A DNA stretch of 64,000 nt from Eledone cirrhosa (GCA_964016885.1 OZ024746.1:6262001-6326000); one strand, 5' to 3'. Shown: positions 1-14,574, counted from the stretch's first letter. Program-made: numbers and translations. Notes: generated by a model not told the origin, from the sequence alone.

Positions 1-74
1 CTATTAATTTATTATTCGGTACATTCTTCTGTTCTGGAAAGTTTTATATCTAAACCTACTTAACTGATAGTTAA

Positions 75-295
75 ATAATGGTTTCTGATTTGGGCACAAG
101 GCCAACAATTGGGGGGGGGGGGGTCGATTGAATCGACCCCAGTACGTTATTCATACTTTATTTTATCGACCGTATAAGTATGAAATACAAATTTAACCTC
201 GACGGAAATTGAATTCAAAACATAAAGGGCCGTAACTCTATGCTGCAAAGCATGTTGTCCGCGGCCTGCCGATACAGCAAATCCACTACCCTTAC
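75..295 (-). mobile_element. tRNA-derived SINE, family A (diverged copy)
   Basis: Reverse complement of the family core seen repeatedly in the window (gagttcaaatcc B-box; gtcgataaaataaagtaccagt; ggccttgtgcc). Confidence 0.7.
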
Positions 296-905
296 TGATG
301 GTTAAATAATGCTGGTCTCAAGAAAGATTCTGTCTCTTAAAATCAAAGTTCGGTAACCCAATAATAGTTACCGAGTAAGATGATGCACATTTTCTATATA
401 TTGGTAATCTCAAGTTGGCTTTTACGTTTTTCTTTTTTCACTATAGAAATCTAATACCTTAGACCCAAATAACTAATAAATTCAAAGAACATTTATTGAG
501 CACTTTGTGTAAATATCACGTTATGATTAGATATAATACATCATGTGGGGCATGTAGGTATCTTATTATAGTACAGTACACATTTATTTCCGTCTGCAAG
601 GTTTATATGTCCAACTTATCAGATTTTTCTCCATAGTCAAACAACGTTAACGCCTGAAATGTTCAAATTAATAAAAAAAAAAACTTCCAATCGCTCAACG
701 GTTCAAAAATAGATCGTTTACACACACACTCACACACACATGTTTACGAACTATGAAATGGCGGCAGCAATGAAAATATCTTTTCCACATTAAGATATAT
801 ACTTTTTCACAAATATTATATGCTTTATATATATGTACAAAATACTGTTTCTCAAACGATATATGGTTCTTTCTTTCTATATATATACATATATCTTTTA
901 ATTTG

Positions 906-964
<59 letters not shown>

Positions 965-984
965 TGTACACTTTATATATATAT

Positions 985-1471
<487 letters not shown>

Positions 1472-2138
1472 TATACTTATATGTAGTCTACACGCAATGT
1501 TACCACATCAATGCCAGTACCTGTCAAATTCACAATTTATATTTTAGAAACACCAGTTATTTTACCATTAGTATATACATGTGCGCATTGATCCGTATAA
1601 ATATGAGCTTCGTATTCAAAGGAGAAGAATACGACATTGAATCATTGATTACCTTTAGCTTATATGATGTGAATTAGCTTTAAGTAAGTATATAAAACGT
1701 TTGACAGTTCCGTCTTACAAGCAGCTTACTTCAGAGCCTTGCTCTGGCCTGAATATATCATATTTCTTGACGAGGGTCATCGTCAATATTAGGGGCTTAA
1801 TTCATATTACGCTTCACGACACAGTTTTGTACAAATTTGAACAGAAATTGGGGATGTATGCATCTAATACATTTAAGAATGGCATGCGGTCCCAAACGGT
1901 GGCCTTGTATTAACATTATTTGTTTAGTTTCAATAGATTAGCAATTATATAAGTTAAACACTTACAGAGTTACTATATTCCCCTGATGAGATATCGGGGA
2001 CTGTATTGGGAGACGGGGTAGAGCAACACCCTCAACATGTGTGTTTACCAAGAGAAAGATAAGTAGAGTGCCATATATTAAGTTCACCTCTCTTGCCATT
2101 GTTTATAGAATAGTAAATGAGTAAATGATATATACAAA

Positions 2139-2207
<69 letters not shown>

Positions 2208-2211
<4 letters not shown>

Positions 2212-2933
2212 AGATTTGAATGGATACAGTTTAGTTGAAAGGAATTTATTGACACGTGTTTCTATAACAGTTACATAACCTAAAACAGCTGCTATCTACA
2301 AACTTTTAGTTATGCAGACATTCAATATTTCAATGTTATTATTTACTGTCATTTCATCAGAATAATATTACTGAGGACCTATTTAGTTTTTATAGAGAAT
2401 ATTAGGAGGGAGGGGTGAAGTTGTTAGAAGAATAGTTGAAGGAGTGGTTTTTCGATAGCAGTTAGAATTCTTGGTGGCAGTGAGTAATTAGATTCCCATC
2501 TGTTGTTTTGACATTTTTTATAGAATATATTATTGGTTATTTTTCTAAATCTCTAGAAGGATTAGAGATAGTAAAGATATGCGTGGTTGGTTTTGTGTTT
2601 GCACTTAATTAACATTCAGACTTAAATTTTTTTTTTTTTTTTTTTTTCAAGTGTACGTATCCTTTCACCCACGCATTCACACACAAATATATTTGCACAC
2701 CTCTACAAAATACATATACTCACAATTCACATATTCATACTTACATATATATACACATGCATACACATATATATACACACATGTATTCATGTACATACAT
2801 ACGCGCTCATGTGTATACATTTTCATACTCAACTTATCTTTATATACACACGTATAGACACACACATATATACATACATACTCTAGTCCATGTGTACACA
2901 CATACACATACATACACATCTATATACACATAT

Positions 2934-2999
<66 letters not shown>

Positions 3000-3581
3000 C
3001 ACTTTAATACATGAATACACTTACATCTAACTATACACATCAAACATATATATATATTTACTTATTTATATACATTTTCACATATATATACATACTTATG
3101 GACGTTTTTAGACACATTCATTATCGCATATTTGCACCTATTCTCATCAGCATATCTTTCCATTATTAGTGTGGTAATTTAAGGTTATTAATATATGTTG
3201 AGAAGAGATTGTTTTTATATTTTTCTAACTAGATTAAGGTTTATATAGTTGGGGGATGTCCCTCTTTTATGTAATATTCGGCTTGTAGTGGGAAAAAAGG
3301 GTTTTAGTTCTGTGACGGCAGAATAATGTTCGTTCAATTCTGTTATTCAGCAGTTTCTTCTTGTGTGTGATTATGCTATCTTAGATAGCAGCTGTTTTAG
3401 GTTATGTAACTGTTATAGAAACACGTGTCAATAAATTCCTTTCAACTAAACTGTATCCATTCAAATCTTTCTATTTTTCTCCGGATTACTTTTGGAACTA
3501 CAACTGGAACCGTCGAGCAAACTCTACGTGAGCTGATAATCTACTGTGTGTAATATTTATATTACAACACAACGGAAAATA

Positions 3582-3585
<4 letters not shown>
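2208..3585 (-). mobile_element. 5'-truncated Nematis-type PLE copy (ORF end + 3' UTR) with an inverted, tailed 3'-end copy at ~3383-3585
   Basis: 2208-3376 is near-identical to 47895-49105; 3383-3472 is an inverted copy of 2208-2297 extended by ~110 nt; (TA)n on both sides. Confidence 0.9.
2246..2365 (-). ncRNA. Type I hammerhead ribozyme motif (PLE pLTR)
   Basis: Minus strand: ttatt-CTGATGA-aatgacagt...actgttata-GAAAC-acgt-GTC-aataa. Confidence 0.8.
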
Positions 3586-3625
<40 letters not shown>

Positions 3626-3626
3626 C

Positions 3627-4040
3627 TCCTTCTTCCGCTTCTTCTTCGCCCACATATTCCTGAGAGAGTCTTGGGAGCAGTGTCCTCAAACACTCCTTCC
3701 AATGGGTCCTGTCAGAAGCAAACTCCTCCAACTGATCCGGCTGGATGCCCAAGCGAGCCCAGTCAAGCTCATGGATGTTATCTAACCATTTTCATCTGAG
3801 TCTGCCCCTGGGTTTCCTGCCGATTGGTTTTTCCCATAAAATATCTACAGCGATACTTTCCTTCTAATCACATGCCCATAGTATCAGAGCTGTGATCCCT
3901 CAATTCGGAGACGTAGCGACTCTACCTGGAGAGACTCTGTAAATTCCGAGCTACGCACTATCGGGTAACGTTAGTCCAGAGGCCCATCGGTGCTTGTATT
4001 CGCGATCATATTCTTTCGGTCATTACCCAAGATGCATGCC
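3627..4040 (-). mobile_element. Decayed RTE-type LINE 3' fragment
   Basis: Degenerate G.RP.GRPR.RW.D..../GIQPDQLEEFASDRTHWK C-terminal RTE ORF2 motifs; gaagaa tail; related copy at ~31155-31350. Confidence 0.65.
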
Positions 4041-4084
4041 AAACCTTACCTATGGTCTATATATAAATACATATATATACGAAC

Positions 4085-4680
4085 ATGAGAGTTTTTTATA
4101 TAAAAAAATGAGATGCCCTGCACGAATGAAAGTATAAGGAAAAGAAATCGAAAATGCAACTAGACTCTTTTTAAGAATATTTATTTATTTCCTTTACCGG
4201 TTTCACAGTTCTTATGCTTTTGAAAAGTGGAATTGAGATGGAGGGTTTGTGGTTTGTCTCGCATCTTGTTCGTATTCGAAAGTTCTTTCTGTTCTATGTG
4301 GAAAGAGTGGCTCGAATTGCTGGGGATTTTTTAAAGAAATAATTTTGGTTGGTTGTTGACTGTCACGTCAATACGTACTATAAATTTTGCGCTAGTTCGC
4401 GTTCCAAAATTCTTATTGTATTTGCCTTAAAAAATGTGCCTCAAATTGTTTTTTTTTTTTTTGTAAGTGTAATTTGGTTGGTTGATGACTGTCACATGAA
4501 TAAGTACATCAAATCTCGCACCAGTTCGTGTTTGCCATTTTCACAGTCACGTGATTGGCCATAGGTGCCAGAAAAGGATGGTTTGTCATAGAAAATTCTG
4601 TGCCAAACAAAATATAATGTTCAAGAAATGTGCGAGGGTGGGGGTGTAGCAAATTGGTTTATCGTTTCGATAATAGAAAT
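4085..4680 (-). mobile_element. PLE-like 3'-end fragment (family with U3-A8 hammerhead)
   Basis: Homologous to 9997-10180, 21700-21817, 40790-41065 and 62920-63301. Confidence 0.65.
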
Positions 4681-4920
4681 AATAATGATTCCATTAGTAG
4701 AAATGAAGATGTGTGTGTGTGGGGAGGGGGGTACGGTTAGCATGTTAAGGTGTTAAAAAATTAACGTATGTTAAAGTATATTTAGCTCTGGACTTTTATT
4801 TTCGAATATAGAGAAGGGTGTTATGTGTGTGTGTGTTGATGGTTAGCATGTTATGGTGTTAACATATTAACGTATGTTCAACTATATTTAATGCTGGTCT
4901 ATAGTTTTGAACACACACAC

Positions 4921-5410
4921 ATTAGCACCAAGACCAAGCTCCGCCTGTACAAGAGCATCGTGCTGCCGACAGTGCTTTATGCGAGCGAAACCTGGAAGAG
5001 TACGGCAAAAATAGAGAGACGGCTGAACGCTTTCCACTAGCGGTGCCTTCGAAAGATACTTCGTGTGTCCTGGCGCGACCGAGTGCGAAACGAGGAGATC
5101 CTGCGGAGAACCGAGTCGTGGACGCTACAGAGAGTGGTCACGGAGCGTCGGTGCCGTCTGGCTGGCCATATTCTGAGCCTGCCAAATGAACGGCATTCGA
5201 AAACAGCGATGAACTGGACTCCGCCTGGCGATAAACGGAGGCGGGGTTGCCCAAGGATCACCTGGGGACGAACGTTCCGGAAGGACCTGATGGCAGCCAA
5301 CATCACCTGGCACGGTCTCGAAAAAGTTGCCGCTGATCGTGACCACCGTTGGCGAGTTCTTACTGCTCGATGCGCCGAACGGCGCGGAAGAATCTAAGAC
5401 TAAGACTAAG
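4921..5410 (+). mobile_element. 5'-truncated RTE-clade LINE 3' end
   Basis: TKLRLYKSIVLPTVLYASETW...RCLRKILRVSWRDRVRNEEILRR...RRRGCPRITW with an in-frame stop; ends in (ctaaga)n tandem tail. Confidence 0.9.
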
Positions 5411-5449
5411 ATATATATATATATATATATTGTGTGTGTGTGTGTGTGT

Positions 5450-5483
<34 letters not shown>

Positions 5484-6167
5484 AACAATTTCAATAAACA
5501 ACATTATATATAATTCCTGCATTGGTTTATCTTTCTTCGTTTAATTTTCAATTAAGTAATTAGCTTAATTTCACGACACAATCATGATTTCGGCAACCTT
5601 GGTATGAAATTAGCCAATTACGATCTTAGTTAATCAATCAATTAATTAATAGGTTTATCAAGAGTGTATTGTCAGACAGTTTTGGTCATATCAATAACTC
5701 ATGCCTCCTACACTTTCTCCTTTCTGGTATGTAGACATTCCATAATTTAAGTCGAAATGTCATGTAATGATACTTCGAGAAACTAACAAACGGCATGAAA
5801 TGAATATACGAGGGGGTGCTGACCGATTCCGGGCTTAATCCATGCTACAGTGACCTTCGTGTTCTTTTTACAGGGCTTAGAAAAAACTGAAGTTTGGGAT
5901 TCTGAGAGGGGAATATGTTGAATTAAATCGTAATTAACTGATCCTCCTGTATTTTCCTTTTCCCAAAGCCATCCACTTTCCACTACGTCCTCATATATTG
6001 CATTAGAGTCCTCACCAAAAAGACGGGGCGACGAAAAGATGTTGACACTCCAATTAATTGATAATTAATTAATCAATTGCCAATAAAACTGAAATGTACA
6101 ACTGAACAATAACCAGTGGGAGTGTAGTACCTCTTGGATGATACTGCCGTATATGTACCTAAAATGG

Positions 6168-6330
6168 AGGGTGGCGATTTGTCAGAGTCGTGAGAACGTC
6201 GGATAGAATGCTTTACCGTATTTGGTTCGGCTCTCTAATCTCTGTGTTCAAATCCTGTCGAGGTAAACTTTGTCTTCTATCTATTCATGGACGATAAAAA
6301 TAGTACCAATCTAGTATTGGAGTTGATTCT
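6168..6330 (+). mobile_element. SINE family A, diverged copy
   Basis: gtgttcaaatcctgtcgaggtaaactttgtc...gacgataaaaatagtaccaat. Confidence 0.6.
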
Positions 6331-6440
6331 TCCTCTATATCGCTTTCTTACTTCTATTCTCACACTCTCTACCCTTCTCTGGAAAACTTGGAGAGGAAAT
6401 GGGTTCCTCCAGGTTTGAAAATGCCTTAGAAATGTCGTGA

Positions 6441-6585
6441 AGGCGCATGGCTTAGTGGTTAGCGCATTGGGCTTGCAATCGAAAGGTTGTGAGTTTAATT
6501 CTCGGACCGGGTGATGTGTTGTTTCCTTGAGCAAGATACTTTATTTCACGTTGCTCCAGTTCACTCAGCTGTAGAAATGAGATGA
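6441..6585 (+). mobile_element. tRNA-derived SINE, family B
   Basis: A-box tggcttagtggtt, B-box-like gagtttaattc, then ccttgagcaagatactttatttcacgttgctccagt; copies at ~40240-40525(-), ~55650-55822(+), ~62650-62855(-). Confidence 0.75.
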
Positions 6586-7216
6586 TAGGACTGGGGTCCC
6601 TATCATTAAATTACCCAAGAAACCTCCAACGAGATATACCATGGAGGAGGCCAGCTAAACCTGATAGGTGTGATCTGTCACACACACACATAGAAATGCC
6701 GTATGTCAAGAAGGGCGCCTCTACGATTCCCTCAGAAGTTACGGGACCTTGCATACATACTAATATTAAAGAATGTATATTATAGAATTTATTTTTTTAA
6801 ATTAAAACAATAACTATCACCATAGAAATAAATTCACATCATCACTCATATTTTGAGACTATCATTAAAGATATCAGCAAAGAAGAAAGAATCTACGTAA
6901 TCAAATATTTGGGATAAAACATTTAGAAAACAATGATTGTGTCGCGTTTCAAGCACATTTCACATCAATGCCGAGTACAGTATTGCGTTAGTTCCGCTTT
7001 TCAGGAAATTTTAATACAAGAAAAATGTACTGAAGATATAGATGAATATATTCAAACACTAATGTGGCAGTTCACATAATGTATATGTGACAAGTTGTTT
7101 CTAGGAATCGTTGAGACATTATCGTTATATATTCTACTCTGGAACATGAATTGTAATTACATTATAATTAAATATATATATATATAGTTTAAGGAAGGTC
7201 GATAACAGTAAAAATA

Positions 7217-7405
7217 ATTGTTTCTACTTTTGGCACAAGGCCAGTAATTACCCAGTGTATTACTGGTACTTTATTTTATCGACCCCGTAAGGATGAAAGG
7301 CAAAGTTAACCTCGACGGGATTTGAACTCAGACCGTAAAGGGGCGTAACTATGCTGGAAAGCATGGCGTCCGACCCTCTACCGATACTGCCAATACACCG
7401 CCCTA
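7217..7405 (-). mobile_element. SINE family A
   Basis: Near-identical to 34650-34832 and 56833-57012. Confidence 0.85.
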
Positions 7406-7537
7406 GAGTAAAAATAGTGGCAACAAAATAGTGTAAAAATGATAACAGAAAAGCCAATAAGAACAAGCAAACACGTCATTAGTACAATGAATCTTGTTCG
7501 TTTAAATCTTTCTGACTTGGAATGTAAATGCGATTAT

Positions 7538-7624
<87 letters not shown>

Positions 7625-7646
7625 TATTTATTTATATATATATATA

Positions 7647-7691
<45 letters not shown>

Positions 7692-7697
<6 letters not shown>

Positions 7698-9808
7698 TCA
7701 GGTTATCAATAATGTAGTGATAATATATCGTTACGTTAGAGATGAACAGCGTACGTGCAGGTTTGCTCAACGAGTATAAATTATATTCCGGAGAAATGTA
7801 GAAAGGATGAATATAAAATGAAAGTGCTTTTGTTAAAAAAGGAATTTATTAGGTATTGACATATGTTTCTGTAACAGACCGAATACCTATGTATCGCTGC
7901 TTGCGTAATCATATAATGTTAGCAAGTATTCGATAGCAAATGTATAATCAGTTGTCACTTCTTCAGAGATTTTGGATAAACTGGATAAAATCAGAAAAAT
8001 TGAAGTATTTATATTAGTAAAAGAGGAAGGAACAGAGGGGATAGAATATGACAGATGGTAAAATAATTTACTGCTAAACAAGTATATAATGGGTTTTTAA
8101 TGAGAATACCATGAGTAAATCTAAATAAGAAATTTTGGGAGTGCCAATTTTAATCTCTACTTGACCAACTGGACAGTGGACAGGGCTGGTCATTTGGTGC
8201 AGTAGTATTAACTATAAAGTGTCAATTGGGGAAGGGGGAGATTTCGATTGCTACTAAATAACATCAATGCTAGTATCCAGCTGGTATATGCACTAGGGAA
8301 TTGAATCAAGAAATCAGAAATCTCATTTTATCTATAGCAGTTTGTATTAAAAGGTAAATAATAGAAGAGTTGATAGAATTAAGACTAATAAAGAATGTTA
8401 ATATCTATTTTGACAATCAAACGGGGATAGAGACAGGCGTTCAATCCTGGTAGTATTTATAATATGAAAATGTAGATTTTAAGCGATGGTTACAGTATAA
8501 CGATCGCTCTATTCTGTTATTTAATAAAATGTTTTTGGATTTCATAATACAAAATAATTCTACATTACATAATTTACAAATTTCCTGTCCATTGGATTAT
8601 GGGGGGGCAGTCGCTATTATATCCCATTTTAGGTGAAATTGTTGGTTATTTTCACGCAGCTGCCAAGCCTTGTCTGCGAGTGTTGTTACATAACGCTGGT
8701 TTTCATGTTTTATCGAATAACGATGTCTATAAAGGCGTGATTTGAAGGAGGTGGCTGTAGATCCCACATAGTACCACTTCTGTCTATCCGATTCGATAGT
8801 ACATTTGTATACGATGTTGCGTTCAAGACACTGATTGTTCAACGGACACATTCCTGGTTGGACACAGTTGCAATTACAATTTTGCGTTGTTGTATTAGCA
8901 TGGATGGGTTGATGAGGTTGCTTATGTAGGACAGGATGTTGTTTGTTGTTTTGTGATGTTATAGCTAATGTTTTACGTGTATTGTTATGTGTTGGAAGGC
9001 GTTTATACAACCGTTTTGCGTTAAGCTTTTTTATATGTTGTTCAATATTAGGGGCGGTTCAATATGAAAGTCGAATAGTGTTAGGGTTTAAGATTTTATT
9101 ATATTTATGTGATGTTGGAAAGTGTTTTCTAACTAATCGAAAGAATTTTGAGGGTAGATTGGTTTTAATAGATTTGTTATAGACCGGGTTGTACCAGATA
9201 TACTCCTTACATCGCCTTCTGTTTGGTGGTGTGCGACTATTATTGTGTCTATTGCGGTAGTGTATGTATGGTGGTGATTCTGTGCTATTTCTACTCCTAT
9301 GCGATTTATTTTGGGTGTTTTGGTGATCATTGACTATATACTCTATACTATCTAGGTGACCGGCTTTCCTAAGTGCATCATCATAATACTCGGCATGTTC
9401 TTTGAAGGTTTGTTGGTTGGACGATAGGCGGGAGATTCTAAGAGAAACATATCTAGGGATGGATTTAATTATAGAGAGTGGATGGTTAGAACTCGTATTT
9501 ACATATTTAAGGTTCTCATTTAAAAAATAAGACTTTAGCAGTAAATTATTTTACCATCTGTCATATTCTATCCCCTCTGTTCCTTCCTCTTTTACTAATA
9601 TAAATACTTCAATTTTTCTGATTTTATCCAGTTTATCCAAAATCTCTGAAGAAGTGACAACTGATTATACATTTGCTATCGAATACTTGCTAACATTATA
9701 TGATTACGCAAGCAGCGATACATAGGTATTCGGTCTGTTACAGAAACATATGTCAATACCTAATAAATTCCTTTTTTAACAAAAGCACTTTCATTTTATA
9801 TTCATCCT

Positions 9809-9813
<5 letters not shown>
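7692..9813 (-). mobile_element. Nematis-type PLE, 5'-truncated, with ~280-bp inverted 3'-end duplication
   Basis: GIY-YIG remnant (CNCVQPGMCPLNNQCLERNIVYKC...YYVGST); arms 7799-8078 and 9534-9813 are near-identical inverted copies; tail 7692-7798 on the left arm only; HHR-like CTGAAGA...GAAACatatGTC at 9646-9754. Confidence 0.9.
8470..9520 (-). pseudogene. PLE RT C-terminus + GIY-YIG endonuclease, frameshifted
   Basis: ORF 8597-9010 closely parallels the GIY-YIG domain of the 48997-51009 protein; upstream frames are broken. Confidence 0.85.
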
Positions 9814-9868
<55 letters not shown>

Positions 9869-9883
9869 TTATATATATATATA

Positions 9884-9914
<31 letters not shown>

Positions 9915-9933
9915 TTATTTATATATATATATA

Positions 9934-9996
<63 letters not shown>

Positions 9997-10002
<6 letters not shown>

Positions 10003-10172
10003 GTGAGGTTTTTTTTACAAAATGAAAAATAACCGAGGTGTCCTACACGAGTGAAAGTATAAAGAAAAAGAGATGAAATCGAAAATGCAACTGAAGTCTT
10101 ATTTTTTTTTTAAATATATATATTTTTTTTAAAAATAAGACTTCAGTTGCATTTTCGATTTCATCTCTTTTT

Positions 10173-10180
<8 letters not shown>
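9997..10180. mobile_element. Small fold-back PLE-like 3'-end insertion
   Basis: aaagaaaaagagatgaaatcgaaaatgcaactgaagtcttatt and its reverse complement; tail on the left arm only; (TA)n flanks. Confidence 0.8.
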
Positions 10181-10213
<33 letters not shown>

Positions 10214-10284
10214 ACTCTCAAGCGTGAAACTAATACTAATATCATTTGTACTGCCTCTGTGTTTTGTTCTCTGTTCATTTATTA

Positions 10285-10413
<129 letters not shown>

Positions 10414-10744
10414 AGCCAATTTCTGTATGTATTTATAAGATATATATATATATATAAATGAAACAACATAAAAAAAACAGAGGAATGCAAAAGTACATTG
10501 TTATGATAGGTTCATGCTTGGTGGAAGTGGAGGAGGGTTCATTATATATGTATATATAATAAGGGATATATATATATATATCTCTTCTTCTCCCCCCCCC
10601 CCCTCTATCTACATACGTAGCTAGATAGATAGAGACTGAGAGAGAGATGAAAAGAGGGATGAAATACTGTTCACTGAGAGATATCTGTAAGAAATTCCAT
10701 GTTAATTAAATTAATTAAAGATATGATAATTATGCCAATGTGAA

Positions 10745-11620
10745 TATATAGAGTAGGTATTTCTATATTACACATCATGTTGTATATAATATATCATATA
10801 GAGTAGGTATTTCTATATTACACATCATGTTGTATATAATATATCATACAGAGAAGGTGTATCTATGTTATACCCCATGTTGTATACAATATAACATATA
10901 GAGTAGGTATATCTATGTTATACCCCATGTTGTATATGATATATCATATAGAGTAGGTATATCTATGTTATACCCCATGTTGTATACAATATAACATATA
11001 GAGTAGGTATATCTATGTTATACCCCATGTTGTATATGATATATCATATAGAGTAGGTATATCTATGTTATACCCCATGTTGTATATGATATATCATATA
11101 GAGTAGGTATATCTATGTTATACCCCATGTTGTATATGATATATCATATAGAGTATGTATATCTATGTTATACCCCATGTTGTATATAATATATCATATA
11201 GAGTAGGAATATCTATGTTATACCCCATGTTGTATACAATATATCATATAGAGTAGGTATATCTATGTTATACCCCATGTTGTATACAATATATCATATA
11301 GAGTAGGTATATCTATGTTATACCCCATGTTGTATACAATATATCATATAGAGTAGGTATATCTATGTTATACCCCATGTTGTATACAATATATCATATA
11401 GAGTAGGTATATCTATGTTATACCCCATGTTGTATACAATATATCATATAGAGTAGGTATATCTATGTTATACCCCATGTTGTATACAATATAACATATA
11501 GAGTAGGTATATCTATGTTATACCCCATGTTGTATACAATATATCATATAGAGTAGGTATATCTATGTTATACCCCATGTTGTATACAATATATCATATA
11601 GAGTAGGTATATCTATGTTA
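10745..11620 (+). repeat. 50-bp tandem minisatellite, ~17 units
   Basis: Unit atatcatatagagtaggtatatctatgttataccccatgttgtatacaat repeated head-to-tail with few variants and no spacers. Confidence 0.95.
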
Positions 11621-12202
11621 CATTTAATGCCGTACGTATTAATGTTTCAGTATGGAACTTTTCCTATATGATATATTATACAGAATAGGTATATCTGAGG
11701 CCCTCTGTCGGTTACGACGATGAGTATTCCAGTTGATCCTATCAACGAAACAGCCTCGTCTTGAAATTAACGTGCTACTAGCTGAGCACGTGTACCATAG
11801 ACACGCGTACACTTAACGTAGTTCTCAGGGAGATTCAGTTTGACACCGATTCAGCGTAAAAAGGTTTGACATTTGATCTACAGCATATTCTCCGTCATTC
11901 TAACGATTCTGTCAAACGCTCTTCACATGATTCATAATGGTAGTTGATTGCCAGAATCGTTGGAAGGTCGAGAAATGAAGACGGGGTGATTGTTCTGAGT
12001 TGTGATGATAGTGCCCTCAAGATGTCCTGACCGTTGGCAATCTTGCGAGAAACATTAATGGCATGGAGGAGGGAGATTTTGTGTAGCCACAACTATGTAA
12101 CATGCTTCTTCGCACTCAACAGAAAGTAGAGAGTCAAGTAACTATCATGTTTACTGTGCAAACATGATAGTTTTCTTTTTATTTCTATCGCATCCGCTAG
12201 TA

Positions 12203-12389
12203 TGTGGATTGGCAGTATCGGTAGAGGGTCGGACGCCATGCTTTCCAGCATAGTTACGTCCCTTTACGATCTGAGTTCAAATCCTGCCGAGGTTGACTTT
12301 GCCTTTCATCCTTACGGGGTCGATAAAATAAAGTACCAGTAATGCACTGGTTAATTGCTGGCCTTGTGCCTAAAGTAGAGACAATTATT
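12203..12389 (+). mobile_element. SINE family A
   Basis: gtggattggcagtatcggtagagggtcggacgcc...gagttcaaatcc...ggccttgtgcctaaagtagagac. Confidence 0.85.
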
Positions 12390-12742
12390 ACTGATGCTAA
12401 GGGCCGAAGCACTCGTTTGAGAGGGGGGTCTTCTTTGAAGACCTGCTGTCCAACTCCCCTGAGAGTTTCTTACCACTTTACTTACCAACAATAATAATAT
12501 TAGGGGACACAAAATAAACGATGCTTACTCGCGGCAACACCACCACCACCACCACCACCACCAACAGCACCACCACCACTAACAGGACCACTACTACCAG
12601 CACCAGCACCACCACTACCACCGCAAACAGCACCATCACCACCACCACTATCACTCGACTACCGCCAATAACCACAACAAAAATACACAAACACTCACAC
12701 AAACACTCACACAAACACTCTCACACACACACACACACACAG

Positions 12743-12812
<70 letters not shown>

Positions 12813-12816
<4 letters not shown>

Positions 12817-13481
12817 AATATGGGGAGAAGAATACTGCATGGTTGCACATGGATTACATGTTATAAAATGAGTCCCTCATCAGTGATTTGCCAACGATCA
12901 TTGGTATTTCATCGCATTAAAAATCATATACCTCACGTTGGTGCGACAATAACTAAAATAAGTTATTAGGAAAATTTAAACGCGTAAAGCGAGTGAGACA
13001 AGTAAACAACACAGGGGAAAGCTAACCGAAGATGGAAAGAAACACAAGCAACATGGTTATTCTGTCAGCATAAGCTGTGTGAATACATGAGCGAGAAGCA
13101 ACAGACCTTTCGCTAGTGAATCCGATGTTAGAAAGAAGGAAAATCGGGTTCGTAGCGAACGGGAGGAAGTAAGAAGGGGAGAAACAGAGAGTGAGTGAGT
13201 GGAAATGCGAGGAAGAGGTCAGTAGAGAGAAGGTGTTAACTGACATGACAGAGGGGACGAAAGAAAGTAAGAGAAACAGAGAGAACGAGGGAGCAGTAAG
13301 AGAGAAAGAGAGAAACATAGAATCGCAGTTTAGGTAAATATATGAAAAATATGGGGAGAAGAATACTGCATGGTTGCACATGGATTACATGTTATAAAAT
13401 GAGTCCCTCATCAGTGATTTGCCAACGATCATTGGTATTTCATCGCATTAAAAATCATATACCTCACGTTGGTGCGACAAT

Positions 13482-13484
<3 letters not shown>
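12813..13484. repeat. ~140-bp direct repeat pair (12813-12953, 13344-13484) bracketing a GA-rich spacer, flanked by (TA)n
   Basis: gaaaaatatggggagaagaatactgc...gtgcgacaataac occurs twice, apparently identical. Confidence 0.9.
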
Positions 13485-13532
<48 letters not shown>

Positions 13533-14151
13533 GTGTGTATATATATGTATGTATATTTATTCATATGTAAACAAATCACTTGACTTAAGAAGCATTGTCA
13601 AAAATTCGAAATTTGAAATATGGGCTTCTCAAGGAAATATCTATAATAAAAGTTGATTGCTATCAATAATAGTTAAGAAGTGGAAAAGGTGGAGAGAAAC
13701 TCCAGAGCAGACAGAACCCTGCATCTCTAGGATACCAAGCAAATACTGCTAAACACTAGGCTAAGTCAAGCCCTTTGTCAAACTTCTAATTACAGACTTA
13801 AATTCTAGAATTGGTGACCAGCGGCTCATTAGCGTAATTATACATACTACTCTGTTGTCATTAGAAAAATATTGTAATTATTTATTTCATATTTCAACTA
13901 ATATATATATAGAGAGATATATTCAATATAAGAAATATAATATTCAATTGAAGAAAGCTGGTTGATTGAAAATAGACTAACAGTTAATACAAGACTAACT
14001 AGGAATCAAGCAACGGCAGTTGGAATATCTATCTCTAGCATATATAAGAACTGCAACTTGAGAGTTACAGACATATGCTTACTGGTCGGCGAAGGGAATA
14101 ACTCGTATTACTGGTAACATATCAATGGATATTTATATCTCGTTTGGATTC

Positions 14152-14219
14152 TTGTCTGAAGAGAACATGTAGGGCAGCTGTTATACAACTGCCATACGTC
14201 TTTGAAATACGTATAACAA
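14152..14219 (+). ncRNA. Type I hammerhead ribozyme motif
   Basis: ttgt-CTGAAGA-hairpin(ggcagctg/caactgcc)-GAAAT-acgt-ATA-acaa, ~45 nt upstream of (TA)n. Confidence 0.7.
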
Positions 14220-14260
14220 ATAAATAGGGTTGGACAAACGAAACCGTCTTTATTGTTTAT

Positions 14261-14340
<80 letters not shown>

Positions 14341-14343
<3 letters not shown>

Positions 14344-14570
14344 ATCAGGTGAGTCGAGTCTAAAGGCCGCGGACCACTCGAAATTGCGTCACTCGACCTT
14401 AAATATATATATGTATTCCGATGATTTGATCAGAGACACACACTGTATTTAAGGTCGAGTGACGCAATTTCGAGTGGTCAGCGGCCTTTAGACTCACCAG
14501 ATCAATGAAATAATTGTTAATACTGTAAATAAAACCAACCGTTATTCTTCACTCTTTCACTATTATTACT
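14341..14570. mobile_element. Fold-back insertion with C4-variant hammerhead motif (14413-14523, +)
   Basis: Arms ~14341-14405 and ~14445-14505; gtatt-CCGATGA-ttgatc...gatcaa-t-GAAAT-aatt-GTT-aatac. Confidence 0.7.
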
Positions 14571-14574
14571 CTAA

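Noticed and set aside
1975-2010. CTGATGA hammerhead-like start
   Set aside because: No GAAA/stem III at a suitable position
6441-6515. tRNA gene
   Set aside because: tRNA-like head continues into a SINE body and no intact cloverleaf is evident; the same holds for other SINE heads
10745-11620. CRISPR-like regular array
   Set aside because: No unique spacers, no cas genes, eukaryotic context; it is a simple tandem repeat
12521-12814. Thr-rich mucin-like ORF
   Set aside because: (CAC)n and (CA)n microsatellite translation
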